Below are positions 13,884-27,276 of a stretch of DNA of 64,000 nt, in pieces (the stretch's first letter is position 1; every line of letters begins with the position of its first letter). Below the pieces are notes generated by a model. It saw nothing but the letters and a program-made list of their open reading frames with translations, had not been told where the DNA came from and searched no databases. Both the position numbers and the translations under genes were made by a program. This DNA comes from Leucoraja ocellata (Eukaryota), in assembly GCA_036785375.1 (NCBI GenBank), contig JAWMAR010000033.1, forward strand, positions 11,408,001-11,472,000. The letters are read 5' to 3'.

Positions 13884-13974
13884 TAGACAAAAGTGCTGGA
13901 GAAACTCAGCGGGTGCAGCAGCATCTATGGAGCGAAGAAAATAGGCAACGTTTTGGGCCGAAACCCTTCTTCAG
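13884..13974 (-). mobile_element. Short PLE-derived element, second subfamily (UUCG loop)
   Basis: Minus strand ctgaagaagggtttcggcccaaaacgttgcc; flanking repeat aatatc(c/a)tgagtt at 13871-13883 and 13975-13987. Confidence 0.8.
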
Positions 13975-16900
13975 AATATCATGAGTTGTTCACTGGCACA
14001 CTTTAATGCATCAGCCAAAGTAGGGATCATGATTTTAAAAAATCATTAGCATGATGCCATTACTCTTTGTTTTTTAAATATTTAATACTGGCAGCCCCTT
14101 AAACTATCAGGTACATCACAATCAAGTCTAATGGCATTACCTTGTGACCTCTTCCCAACGTTATCTCAGCAATGGGACTATTGTTTGATCTCTCCACTCT
14201 CCCAGCCATGAACACTAAAGAAGACTGTGGTTTCCTTTCCACCAATGTGGATGAGCACAGTTGACACACTGTGGGCTCAAAGTAAACACTGGGAGTTTGG
14301 TGACCTGGATGATTCACAGGATTTTACTAAATAAAATATTACTTTCAAAGATGTAGCATCAATGAAAGGCCACCATTCATTTTCCTTGAACTGCGTAGCT
14401 TGCTGGGACTTTTTGGAGGGCAATTAAGGGACAAGCATTTGCAATTCTTCTGTGACATTGCACCTTGCAAATCAATTCATAAGCTATTTCACAATTACTT
14501 TATGAACTAATAAAAGGCGCAACGTATTACAACACCAGGCAAAATGGAATGGAATTGTGTTTTATCTGCTTTATCAATTATGGCTAAAAATTATAATCAC
14601 AAAAATGGGGTAAATCAAGTAGTTTTGGAAGCTTACACATTGGAAAGCACCTGGAAGTTGTTATCCTTGATCAAAATGATGAAAAAACAGAAGCTTATCA
14701 AAACCTCTGCATAAACAGATTATTTTTGCATTGCCCTGAGTAGTTAGTGGTACACTGTAAAGGACACGGGTAACATTTATATTGTGAAATATTTGTAAAG
14801 AGATGACATTGCGTGATTAGGTTAGACCCTTGAAGAACAAAGAGAGAATGGAAGGGATCAAGAGGTGGCAGAAACCTGTGAAATGTGTGGACCGTTGAAG
14901 ATTCTAACACAAATAGTTAAAAATGGAATGCAGCCAAAAATGTAATCACAACAAACAGCTGAAGGGGTGGCTTGTAGTGTGACTGGAAACGGGTAGGACT
15001 AATTGGAGGATGCATTCACAGAGCCAGCTAAATATGATGAACTGAATAGCCTCCTCTGTGCTGTACCATTCACCAAAGAAATAGGGAACTAAACTCCAAT
15101 TAAATGTTCAAAATAAAGCTGAGGATTTTTGTTATAAAAGTAGTTCCTAACAAAATATTTTTCAGGCAATTATACCATCAAACCAAAGAACAATAATGCT
15201 TCTCATAGAGTGTCATCTGTGGGTCAATCCTAGCCTGAGTCAGTAGATTACAGCTTTGACCCACTTGGGAGACTAGAGAACAACATCTAGACTGTACTCC
15301 AATGCAGTACATCGTCAGAGGGGTGTGTTTAGAATAAGAAACTAAACCAAAGCCCTTTCTGATGATCTCAGAAAATGTCATGGCATTATTTGGAAGTGCG
15401 GGATATCTAGTCAACAGACTATTTGGTCATTCTCACACAGTTATACCAACTTGCTGCCATGTTCACTATAAGGCTCTTTCATTGTCCTGAAGAGAATGTG
15501 ACATGTACCATTTGTAAGGTGCTACGTAAAACCACAAACAGAAGTGCGTTCTCTCATTGTGCAGGTGATTAGTAAGAGCAATCCCAGTTAGCTAGTTCCG
15601 ACACTTTCCCTGTAGGCATGTTATTCTTTTTAAGTACTTACCCAATCCCTAATATAAGTCATGGTTCAATCTGCTTCCACCATTCTTCAGCAGTACATTT
15701 TACTAATTAAGAACCTGTCATGAAAAGGAAAATACTCACATCTTATTTGACCTCTTTGCCAATCACCTTAAATATGCGTGGCCAGGTTCTAACCCTTCCC
15801 CAATGGGAACAGTTTCTTTACCTTGTCTTGAATGTTTCTACCGTATCTTCCCACAGTCTTCTATGATCTAGCTTTTTAATTGAACTCTCTTGACCTTGTT
15901 GCCAAACAGGTACATTTTTCTGCGCCCATTCTAAGGCTCCTGCATCTTCCTAAAGTACATTCACTTGCTGAACTTTCCAAAAGAGGAAGAGGACATTGCC
16001 AAGCTTAAATAAAACTATAAAACGCTGAAAATATTCAACTGGTTAGGCAGCATCTATGAAGAAAGAGTAATGTAGGTAATTTGGTCACTGAGCCAGTTGC
16101 TATGAATCCTATAATCATATACACTTGTTTCATGTTCAGTCTTATTCCTACAGTTTAAATTGTTCCCATTCTGAGCTCAGGAGGTTCACATTTATCACAG
16201 TGGTCATGGGGTTCCATTCTTGGGGCACCAATGGGGAAATATTGTAGCTGGACTAGATACCCTGCATCATGAGATCTCACACCAGTTTAGCCAAACAGCA
16301 AAATGTAACCAACATTTCCACGCTCAGTTCCGATATGTTTAGCGGTGATGTTGTATTTCATATTTTACAGAATTGGCTATTTGTACTTTTATTTAAGGAG
16401 ATTCTATCGGAAATCTTGAGTTACAGAAGTCTCTGCTGGATGATGCCCAGTCTCCATGGATTCTCCCATGAGGCACTCTGCTTCGTAAGTATCCAATCAA
16501 AAGTGACAGAAAACAAATGTGGCTTGACCCACACACTCCAGGAGGGCGGTTATGTCAGGACATCACGCAGATGAGATGACAACCGTTGTTTTGATACTTT
16601 CTTTGGGCTGTCTTTGATCCACATCAGACAACACAGTGTTACACAGGGTCTGAACAAATCAACAATCCTATCGTTCAGTGTCCGCATCAAATATTCTCCC
16701 TCGGCCCCTCAACCATCTTACTGGACGTCGTGTATTACAGCCAATCCCTGTTTGCTCTCATCACCTGTCAGTTTTGTTCGATATTTTGCTCAAATGTTAA
16801 ATGTGAGGTCGCTAGTCTTTGCTTCCTGCAGCGTAGGTAACAATGCACCCTGCACAAAACATTTAGTTTTAATTAAATCACATAGCAAAGATTGGAGTCT

Positions 16901-17106
16901 TAACAGGTGAATAATTTTAAATAAACCTTCATGGTAATTTTGAGTTATGCTTATTGATGGTCACGTCTAACCTTGCTTTTCCATTAATGTTTTTATTATA
17001 AAAATATAAAAATTAGAAATAAGGATGATGTTGCATTGAACCGTAAAGAGAAGAAGATCTCAGTCGTGTCAGCTGTAAGACCAAAGTTTAGGAAGTTACT
17101 ACCATA

Positions 17107-17334
17107 TAGAATGGTTAATTTATGGAATTCCCTGCCACAGAGGTCAGTGGAGGCCAAGTCACTGGATGGATTTAAGAGAGAGTTAGATAGAGCTCTAGGG
17201 GCTAGTGGAGTCAAGAGATATGGGGAGAAGGCAGGCACGGGTTATTGATAGGGGAGGATCAGCCATGATCACAATGAATGGCGGTGCTGGCTCGAAGGGT
17301 CGAATGGCCTCCTCCTGCACCTATTTTCTATGTT
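17107..17334 (+). mobile_element. CR1 LINE 3' end
   Basis: RMVNLWNSLPQRSVEAKSLDGFKRELD plus 3'UTR ending ctattttctatgtt. Confidence 0.88.
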
Positions 17335-18419
17335 AACACAAATAGCAGAGAAATGTTGAAGGAACAGTTAGAACAGCAGAAATAGTCAAACCAATAGTAA
17401 GATATGGAGATACAAGGAACTGCAGATGCTGGTTTACAAAAAAAGGCATGATGCTGGAGTAACTCAGTACGGAATGGAAGTTGAGTTTGGTTATTTTGAA
17501 TGGGATCAGGCTTATGTGAAAACCAACTAGCAGCATGGTTGAATCATATACATGTTTACTATTCTGTATTCAAGATAGGCGACATCAGTAATGAGAAAGA
17601 CAGAATTAAAGATTCAGGTTAACGTCAGCAAAACTGACTTTTGATTTTCAACTATCTCTCTGTGTTAGCTGTGCACCATCAGTTGTCTCTGTAAGTCAGC
17701 CAGAGTTTGGGGACTCGGGCATTTTTACCCAGTTAAACACGACAGAGTTGAGCAACACTAGTAAGTTTCCACCAGTCCTGTAGCCAAAGTTGCAACCATC
17801 AAGGCTTTGGTTCCACTCCTTTAAAGAGTGAGACCATGAAGTGTCGTGAAGTATTAGACCCACGTGACTCAGGCATAACATACTCACTCACTGGGCAGAA
17901 TGTTTTCCTAATGATAGGACAGATCTTGTTGTCTGCATAACTCCAGTGCACTGATTGTTTCATTTTCCACTCCTTTGCTTCCTTAAGAAGGCTCCAAGTG
18001 TTATTTTCCTGTGGGTCAGGAGTACGTACTTGTTAACTCACTTAGCATCTGAAATAAAGGCTATGCTTCTGGTGTTCAGACCAGCTCAACCTTATAAAAA
18101 CTCTCTTCTTTTAAAATTTCACCTGCATCTTGAACTGCCAGGCATGAAAGGGTAAGTGTAGCAACTTTTATAAACACAAAAATGAAGGGAAAGTTACTGT
18201 TTTTACATTGCAAGTAGTCAAAGGATTAACTGATCATTCACCTCATTTGGGAAACTCCTGTGATAAATAATAGGGCATCTCCCTTTGACAATAAATGTAT
18301 TTCAGAGATCAGATCAGATCAAATTTATTTCAGCTCAGATTAGTTTGTTATCAGATATACCAAGGTGCAATTAAATTCATGTGTTGCACACAATAAACAG
18401 GCATACAGTATTGATAAAT

Positions 18420-19170
18420 ACATGGGGGTACAGGGGGCAGGGCAAGGGATTGGGCGAACAACTGTGACAGGTGGCTGTGTTGAGGGTCAGGGTGGAGGAA
18501 ACAGTGTGAGCAATTCTAATCAACTGAGGCCTGTCAGTCAGGAAGTTCAGAAGCCAATTGCAGTACATGGATAGGACACGTTTGCAGGGATATGGACCAA
18601 ACACAGGCAGGTGGGACTAGTGTAGCTGGGTCATGTTGGCCAGTGTGGGCAAGTTGGACCAAAGGGCCTGTTTCCACACTGTATCACTCTAACTCTGTGG
18701 ATACTCCCTTTGATTCCCCCCCAAGGTTCAGAGGTTTAGAGATGAGTTTGTCAGTTATATGATGTTGAACGCTGAGCTGAAGTCATGTTGACGTAGTTGT
18801 TCTTGTTGTTAAGATGATCCAGAGCGGAATGTAGTGCAAGAGAGATGGCATCTCCCATTCCCTATTCTTCCTCTAGGCAAATCACAGGGGAATTAGACTA
18901 GTGTTCGATGGTCAACATGAACTCAGCGGGCCGAAGGGCCTGTTTCCACGCTGTATCTCTAAAACTAAACCTAATGCAAGGTTTCTGATTAGTTTTGGCC
19001 TTTATTGTCTTTGTTGGAATGTAGCGATCACTGCAGTTCTTGATGAAACTGGTTACTGGCGAGGTATAGCGTACTCATTCAGGCTGGATGAGGTTCTCTT
19101 GAACATGTTTCATTCCACCGACTCAAGGCAGTCCCGAAGTGGAGCCTCATTCTCCTCAGACCACTGAGTT
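18420..19170 (-). mobile_element. Fragmented Rex1-type LINE with nested CR1 tail (~18570-18695) and SINE tail (~18890-18970)
   Basis: CNWLLNFLTDRPQLIRIAHTVSSTLTLNT (RT) and WSEENEAPLRDCLESVEWNMF remnants. Confidence 0.75.
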
Positions 19171-19452
19171 AATACTCTTTTTTTCTGCAAAGGTATTATA
19201 AAATGGCGTATAAATATAAATGTTATGCTTTGCCTGCATGAGCTCAAATGGGACAAAAGACTTCCTCCAAACTGATGTTTCTAGCAGCTGTTTGTAGACA
19301 TGAAACATGTTTGTGAATCACAGCATGGTGGGAGACATTTGGCCCATTGTGTGTGTTCCAGCAACTGCAAGGCAGTCTAATGGTCCCATTCCCCCATCCT
19401 CTCTTCATAATCTAGCATGTTAACAAACCTATTCAAGTACTTAAGTTCTTTT

Positions 19453-19758
19453 TAGTTTAGTTTAGTTTAGAGATACAGCGCGTAAACAGGCCATTCGGCC
19501 CACCGAGTCCGCGCCGACCAGCGATCCCCGCACACTAACAATATCCTACACACACTAGGGACAATTTACAATTTTACCAAAGCCAATTAACCTACAAACC
19601 CACACGTTTTTGAACTGTGGGAGGAAACCGGAGCACCCGGAGAAAACTCCCGCAGGTCACGGGAGAATGTGCAAACTCCGTACAGACAGCACCCCTGGTC
19701 AGGATTGAACCCGGGTCTCTGGCGCTGTAAGGCAGCAGCTCTACCCGCTGTTGCCACA
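19453..19758 (-). mobile_element. HE1-like V-SINE, full length
   Basis: tRNA-like head (box A tggcaacagcgg, box B gggttcaatcc), central ccggtttcctcccaca, CR1-like tail ending in (taaac)n. Confidence 0.88.
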
Positions 19759-20060
19759 AAGTTCCTGTCGTGATAATCTGCCTCATGCTCCTCCTTCCTC
19801 TGTTAATTCATGCCATATTGTCACCATACAAATATTTGTTTTGTGCCACCACTGGTTCTTTTGGCAATTACCTTGTCCTTGGCTCCTCCACCAAATGTTT
19901 TTGTCCAGTTGCTCCATCCATGCCCTTCAGGATTGTAAATACCTCTCACGTGCTTGAAATCTCTGCTCTGGGAAGAAGAACAACCCTGCATCTCTATTCT
20001 GTTCTCAGTCCAGAATTAAAATCCTTCATCCCTGGAATCAATGCTACTCATCATTTTCTG

Positions 20061-20160
20061 AAGATAGACACTAAATGCTGGAGTAACTCAGCAAGACAGG
20101 CAGCATCTCTGGAGAGAAAGAATGGGTGGCGTTTCGGGTTGAGACCTTTCTTCAGACTGA
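20061..20160 (-). mobile_element. Short PLE-derived element, solo
   Basis: Family consensus including a degenerate hammerhead core. Confidence 0.8.
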
Positions 20161-21164
20161 GTTTTTCTGTATCCTTTTCTAAAGTATGGTGCCCAGAATT
20201 GGACTTGTGTTGTGGCTGAAGCAGTGTTTTATAAAGGTTCCTCATTACTTCCTTGATCTTGTACTCTCTGTCTTTTGTAACGGAGCCAGGATTTCACATA
20301 CCCATTTTAGCCGGCATATTTTAGGGGCATTTTCTTTGAATTGTTCATGATGACATGGTATTGGTTTGAATGGCTAGTTCCACATTGTATGATTTATGTG
20401 AAACAGTTTGGAGGAAATAATTTAGTTTAGGCTGCAATCATTCCTGATAGTTCTGAAAATGATCCAGATATGGACCAATATGCTGTCTGGACTGGAGTCA
20501 GTCCCATGTTCATATTTGTATAAGTGCTACTCCAATCACTTCATTAATAGTTTTCGCAGTATGACCAGCCAGCGTGACTTAAAATCCTGCAAAAAGTGCT
20601 GCTGTGTGTATTCGATGGCTTTTAAGTGATTGTTCACTTTATTCACCTAACCATTACTTTGTGCAGCGAGAAAGAGCACGCAAACTGCTGACAAAAGTTC
20701 TAAATCCCTTTTTAAGAGTTTCTAGCTGTCTCCTTTTGAGTATCTCTGAAGCTAATCTTTGAATAAGAGAGAGTGGAGTGGAGCCTGGAGTGTTACTCCT
20801 GCCGGGTTAATAGGGGCTAATGAAGTTTGGGTTCCACTGTTTGTTTTCTTAATGAGTCTAACGCAGAAACAAAGGTTACCGGGAAGCACAGTGCTGAAGT
20901 GATGGGCCCCTGTTGTGAATGCATTTTGTATTGCTTTGGTTGATGGGTTTATATCACTAACTATAATAGATGTTTTGAGTTTGTATATCAGTGAAATGAT
21001 CTTTAAAATATTGTCTCACTTCCTATTAAAATGTATTGTCCACATGGGGTTTTAATAGTGCTCTGTGATGGTATGTGATCTACAGACTTCAAAATATTCC
21101 TGATAGACTCATCTTTCTGGCCCTTTTCACCCATTGTTGTCCTGCACAGATTATAAAGAATGTG

Positions 21165-21257
21165 AAGAAGGGTCTCGAACAGAAATGTCACCCATTCCTT
21201 CTCTCCAGAGATGCTGCCTGTCCTGCTGAGTTACTCCAGCATTTTGTTTCTATCTTC
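21165..21257 (+). mobile_element. Short PLE-derived element, solo
   Basis: Family consensus; flanking repeat attataaa(g/c)aatgtg at 21150-21164 and 21258-21272. Confidence 0.82.
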
Positions 21258-22595
21258 ATTATAAACAATGTGTTGAGCAACAATTTGGCATGAGAAATGA
21301 AGGAGTAGAAAATCTTATCACATTCTGAGCCATCATACATTAAACATAACAGTGGTTTAGACACAGTCATCTAACAGTTAATTAGTATTTCCAAGATTTT
21401 GATTTAGGGAAGAATGTTTGTCAAGGCCCCAGGAGAGGTTTCATAAAACATGGAGACTTTAACATAAATTAATCTAATATGGAAAAGGACATGAGATGAC
21501 TTGAAAATAAAACATGGCAGTAATATTAAAATGAGTTTAATCCAAGGATTGAAAATATAGAATCAATGTGTGTGTACAAAGTAATAAAGGGCTGTTGTAA
21601 GATTCTCTCGCGGAATAAAGATAAAAGACAAAAAGTGGTGAAGTGGTGGCTCACTGGAGCAGTTAATGATGACGGAGATTCAAAGGAAACTCTTAGATCT
21701 GATCTAGAGCTACTTAAAATCTACATTGATTATTTTATTGAGGGCAATGTTAAATTCACCCATTCTGATATTGATTTGATGCTAGCCGAGATGTTAAGGT
21801 GTGAGAAAAACGTAAAGATCTGCAAAGAGTTAAAATTGGTTATGTGCTTGTCTAAGTAAATGCCAAATGAAGGATAATGTGGGTATGTGTGAAATGATGC
21901 TGTGATATGGAGAATGGAACAGTTGAATAATGTTAGAAGATGCTTGGGCAGGATTTCAGCATCGGGTAACCAGAAACTGAATAAGGGGATAGTTATGCAT
22001 GAGAAGAAATATTAAACCCAATTGCAAAAGACGACACATGTGGAAAGGAAGAGATTACTGAAAGTAAACTGGGTTCCCATAGAATCTAGTAAGAAGAAAA
22101 ATAAACTACAATGAAGATTCAAGAAAGGATAGAGATAGATCTACTTTCAGAGAAGATAACAACAAAGAAGGAATTGTGGGAACCAAGTGTATACGAGAGT
22201 GAGGAAGTAGTGTACATTAGTTAAAAAAATACTTGAGCTAAAAGCTGGTAACCGCAGACTTAACGGCCCCTCACTATCGTTTTAAATGAGAGTCTGCAGT
22301 CAGGGTTAGTAAAGGATTTCATCTTTCTAAACCCTCTTGATTCTAGAGTGGACCTCACGTATTGAAAGATAGGAAGTGTAACCTTGCTAAATAAGATCAA
22401 AGAGATTGATGGAATATAACTAAAATAAGTTTGACCAAAAGGAAGAAAAATGTCAAAATGTTTTATTAAGGACATAGTAACAGGCCCAGGAAAGGTCAGG
22501 TAAGTCAGTATGGTTTTGTGAAAGGAAAATTGGCGAGGGAAAAATCTAATAGAGATTTTACTGGCTAAAGATCGTAGAGTAATAAGCCATAGATA

Positions 22596-23387
22596 CAGCG
22601 GCTTGCAAAAGTATTCATACCCCTTGAACTTTTCCACATTTTGTCACGTTACAACCACAAACGTAAATGTATTTTATTGGGATTTTATGTGATAGACCAA
22701 CACAAGGTGGTGCATAATTGTAAAGTGGAAGGAAAATTATACATGGTTTTCACATTTTTTTACAAATAAAAAACTGAAAAGTGTGGCGTGCAAAAGTATT
22801 CAGCCCCCCTGAGTCAATACTTTGTAGAACCACCTTTCGCTGCAATTACAGCTGCAAGTCTTTTGGGGTATGTCTCTACCAGCTTTGCACATCTAGAGAC
22901 TGAAATTTTTGCCCATTCTTCTTTGCAAAATAGCTCAAGCTCAGTCAGATTGGATGGAGAGCGTCTGTGAACAGCAATTTTCAAGTCTTGCCAGAGATTC
23001 TCAATTGGATTTAGGTCTGCACTTTGACTGGGCCATTCTAACACATGAATATGCTTTGATCTAAACCATTCCATTGTAGCTCTGGCTGTATGTTTAGGGT
23101 CGTTGTCCTGCTGGAAGGTGAACCTCTGCCCCAGTCTCAAGTCTTTTGCAGACTCTAACAGGTTTTCTTCCAAGATTGCCGTGTATTTGGCTCCATCCAT
23201 CTTCCCATCAACTCTGACCAGCTTCCCTGTCCTGCTGAAGAAAAGCATCCCCACAGCATGATGCTACCACCACCATGTTTCACAGTGGGGATGGTGTGTT
23301 CAGGGTGATGTGCAGTGTTAGTTTTCCGCCACACATAGCGTTTTGCATTTAGGCCAAAAACTTCAATTTTGGTCTCATCTGACCAGA
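22596..23387 (-). mobile_element. Tc1/mariner DD34E transposon, 3' half (Passport-like), one frameshift
   Basis: WSDETK...[32 protein letters not shown] (34 residues between D and E), ends KGGSTKY*. TA at 22594-22595 followed by a CAG terminus. Outer and inner direct repeats TGCAAAAGTATTCA near 22603 and 22789 (IR/DR type). Frameshift near 23230. Confidence 0.95.
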
Positions 23388-23700
23388 GCACAAGAACAGG
23401 CCCTTCAGCCCACAATGTCTGTGCCAAACATGATGCCATGACCATATCTTGTCTACCTGCACATAATCCATATCCCTCCATTCCCTGCATATCCATGTGC
23501 CGATCCAAACGTTTCTTAAATTGTTAAAAGGGTCATGCCATTATTGTATACTTTTCCTTATATTTGACCTCCTAAATTACGACACCTCACACTTGCACAG
23601 ATTAAACTCCATCTGCCATTTATCTACCTGTTTCTGCAGCTGATCTATATCTCACTGGTCAATTGACCCCAGCAATCTTGGTGTTGTCTGCAAACTTTAA
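23388..23700 (-). mobile_element. CR1 LINE fragments truncating the Tc1 element
   Basis: aacaggcccttcagcccac CR1 tail motif in reverse, plus ORF2 remnants. Confidence 0.7.
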
Positions 23701-23868
23701 AAGATTACATATGGAAGTTGTACACAGGTTAGGTCTTATGTAAAAGAAGATATTTATCTTTAGAAGTGTTGGAAATAGGAGGTTATACTGGATTGAATCT
23801 TATGGTGAGAGGGCAATTTGGAAAGTCTATATTTTTTTCAGTTTAGAAAAGTGAATAATAATGATATT

Positions 23869-24004
23869 GTAGACACAAAAAGCTGGAGTAACTCAGCAGG
23901 ACAGGCAGCATCTCTGGAGAGAAGGATTGGGTGACGTTTCGGGTCTCTACCCTTTTTGGCTATCTTCTGTTTAAACCAGCAGCTTGCAGCTCTTTCTTAC
24001 ACAA
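23869..24004. mobile_element. Short PLE-derived hairpin element, internally deleted
   Basis: One arm plus the inverted end with its tail. Confidence 0.75.
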
Positions 24005-25224
24005 TAAACATATTGAATTATATATTTTTAAATCCATTTTGACGGTGGATCATGATACTGACTCCCTTGACTGGAAAGTCCAAGAGTAGGAACTATGATA
24101 TCAGATTGAAGGTTTGGTCATATAGATTAGAAGTACATAATAGCAACAACATTATGCTTGACCATGAAGTGTTTGATACATGTATTGAAAACTGGGATTA
24201 ATAGAGCGTGTGATCACATGATGCAGGAAGAGGATGGGAATGTGGAGTTGATGAAGAGCCTTTCCAATATTGGAATTGTGGAGTAGGATAAGAGATGAAT
24301 GAATGGTCTTCTATTATCGGGAACCAAGAGAGCGCTCTTGGCAATATCACATCTTCATACTGAACCGCAATGCTGACACACATTTCACATTCCTAGAGAC
24401 ACAAGAAACTGGAGATACTGGAATCTTGAGCAATACACAAAGTACTTTGGAACTCAGCAGGACAGGCAGCATCTGTGGAAATAATGGACAGATTCGGTTT
24501 GGGACTCTTCTTCAAAATGATTTAATATTGCTAAGTGTTTACTGCGGAAAGAAAAAACAATTGGCAAGACAGATCTACGGAAATGTTTATGCTTCACGTA
24601 AGCTTTCTCCAATCCTTCTTCACCAGCGTTCTCTTTGATCCTCTGCAAAACTGAAAAGGGAAGTGCAGGGCCATTTAAAATCACCCTTGGCACCACTTCA
24701 ACCATTTAGGTTTTAATTAAAACAGTTCATATTTGCAGCCATGGAACTTGAGTTGTATAAATCCTCAATGTAGAAAGGCTTTATACTTTTAAAAGTAAGA
24801 TCCATTATGTCAGGTATACCTACAATACAGGCTGAAGTAGAAATGTTGCCAGGCTATGGTTAACCTTTAAATCAGCAATTGTCACAATGCCACATTACCG
24901 TCTGCATTGAATCCCATCGTGGCAGAAAGAGAAATAGTGAGATCTTCAAAGACTCAGTTTTAACTGGTCTCCAATTTCTTTCATGTACAGAAATGTTTTT
25001 GTACATAACATAAATTACATTTTAAAACGCAATCACTAAATGGGATTGAATCTTTTGTTACCTAAATTAGCTCTGGGCCCCAACATATATGTGTATAGTG
25101 ATGATAAACAACATGGTTTGAGGCTCTGTACAAAATTCTTCAGTGCATTCGAAGTCTGTGAATAATTATAACTCTTGTTAATTAAGGCTTTAAGCAGACA
25201 ATTGAGGCTGGCTTTACGTTAAGT

Positions 25225-25812
25225 GTGATACAGTGTGGAAACAGGCCCTTCGGCCCAACTCGCCCACACCGACCAACAATGTCCCAGCTACACTAGTCCC
25301 ACCTGCCTGTGCTTGGTCCATATCCCTCCAAACCTGTTCTATCCTTGTACCTGTCTAACTGTTTCTTAAACAATGGGATAGTCTCAGCCTCAACTACCTC
25401 CTCTGGCAGCTTGTTCCATACACCCACCACCCTCTGTGTGAAAAAGTTACCCGTCAGATTCCTATTGAATCATTTCTCCTTCACCTTAAACCTATGTTCT
25501 CTGGTCCTCAATTCACCTACTCTGGACAAGAGACTCTGTGCATCTACCCGATCTATTCCTCTCATGATTTTATACACCTCAATAAGATCTCCCCTCATCC
25601 TCCTGCGCTCCATGGAATACAGACCCGAGCTACTCAACGTCTCCCTATAGCTCACACCCTCTAGTCCTGGCATCATCCTCATAAATCTTTTCTGAACCCT
25701 TTCAAGCTTGACAATATCTTTCCTATAATACGGTGCCCAGAACTGAACACAATATTCTAACCAAGGTCTCACCGACGTCTTATACAACTGCAAGATGACC
25801 TCCCAACTTACT
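25225..25812 (-). mobile_element. CR1 (HER1-like) LINE 3' fragment
   Basis: LYKTSVRPWLEYCVQFWAPYYRKDIVKLERVQKRF...RRRMRGDLIEVYKIM is the CR1 ORF2 C-terminus, followed by its 3'UTR. Confidence 0.93.
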
Positions 25813-25824
25813 ATACTCAAAAGG

Positions 25825-26051
25825 CTTGAGTAACCCAGCGGGACAGGCAGCATCTCTGGAGAAAAGGAATAGGTTGCAATTTGGGTCGAGACCCTTCCTC
25901 AGTTCTTTCTCCTGACTCTCAGTCTGAGGAAGGGTCTTGACCCAAACGTCACCTATTCCTTTTCTTCAGAGACGCTGCCTGTCCCGCTGAGTAACTCCAG
26001 CACTTTGTGTCTATCTTCGGTTTAAACCAGCACCTGCAGTTCCTCCCGACA
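25825..26051. mobile_element. Short PLE-derived hairpin element
   Basis: Inverted arms; core ctgaggaagggtcttgacccaaacgtc at 25924-25950 (G of GAAA missing); tail at the right end. Confidence 0.85.
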
Positions 26052-26197
26052 CGTCCTTTCCCTTCATGTTGCTGTGGAGTCTGAGGCATCCGTTGACTTA
26101 GGGAGCCGCACAGTCATATAGCATCAAAACAGGCCCATGCTGATTTGTGGGTGGATTTTCCTTTAACTGTGTTTCTTAATGTTCATCCCATCCATCC

Positions 26198-26610
26198 CCA
26201 CCTCACTCCCACACAACAGCTCACCACCTTACTCCACCACCTCACTCCCACACAGCTGCTCACCACCTTACTCCACCACCTCACTTCCACACAGCTGCTC
26301 ACCACCTTACTCCACCACCTCACTTCCACACAGCTGCTCACCACCTTACTCCACCACCTCACTCCCACACAGCTGCTCACCACCTTACTCCACCACCTCA
26401 CTCCCACACAGCTGCTCACCACCTTACTCCACCACCTCACTTCCACACAGCTGCTCACCACCTCACTCCCACACAACAGCTCACCACCTTACTCCACCAC
26501 CTCACTCCCACACAGCTGCTCACCTTACTCCACCACCTCACTCCCACACAACAGCTCACCACCTTACTCCACCACCTCACTCCCACACAGCTGCTCACCA
26601 CCTCACTCCA
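26198..26610. repeat. 39-bp minisatellite
   Basis: Unit caccacctcactcccacacagctgctcaccaccttactc, about 10 copies. Confidence 0.95.
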
Positions 26611-27276
26611 ACATCTTACTCCAACACAGCTGCTCTTTGCATATCAAGGATCTTCAAACTAACCAGTTCATTTTGTTTATATTATTTTGGAAAAATGATG
26701 TTTGCCACGCAAAGGTTGCATTGTCCAACTGCTTGGCTGGAATTTAAAGATTTGCAAATAATATACCAGTCTTTTATGAAAATACACAAATGTAGAAATC
26801 ATTTCAATTTATTTAACAGCTTTAGGCTACAAAAACAGCTTTAAAAACAATTAATATTATATAGACATCTTGTTAAAGAACTCTCATATAACACCTTAAG
26901 GCACAATTATTTACTAAAATAGCACACAATTATTTTTCGCTCAATTGAAAAAATAGACCTTTTTTAGAAATGTTATATCACAGCTCTATGTTCTGTATAT
27001 TACATAGGGCATTATATATTCAGCATTCCTTGACCTGAGTTGCAGATATGCACAATAAAACAAGAACATGCTCACATGACAGTGATTTACCGAGTTAACA
27101 CACACATCAGATTTTCTCTCAGTGCTAGAAATCAGTTTCCAATTCTGATGTAAGATCTGCAGATAAATATTCATCGGATTTTTTTTTAAAGTGTACTTCC
27201 AGCATTTTCTGTCCCTATTTCAGATTTCTAGGGACATTTGAATTTAAGAGTGGCATCATCAGACTAACAGGCAGAG

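Noticed and set aside
16614-16910. NPCLLSSP resembling the PAX2/8 C-terminus (also SSP..TSR at ~3103)
   Set aside because: Flanking residues do not match (no WRF, no YYY) and the expected splice sites are absent.
19700-19758. tRNA gene
   Set aside because: The A/B boxes belong to the SINE head and run into the SINE body; no complete cloverleaf.
26145-26844. 200-221 aa repetitive ORFs
   Set aside because: 39-bp minisatellite.
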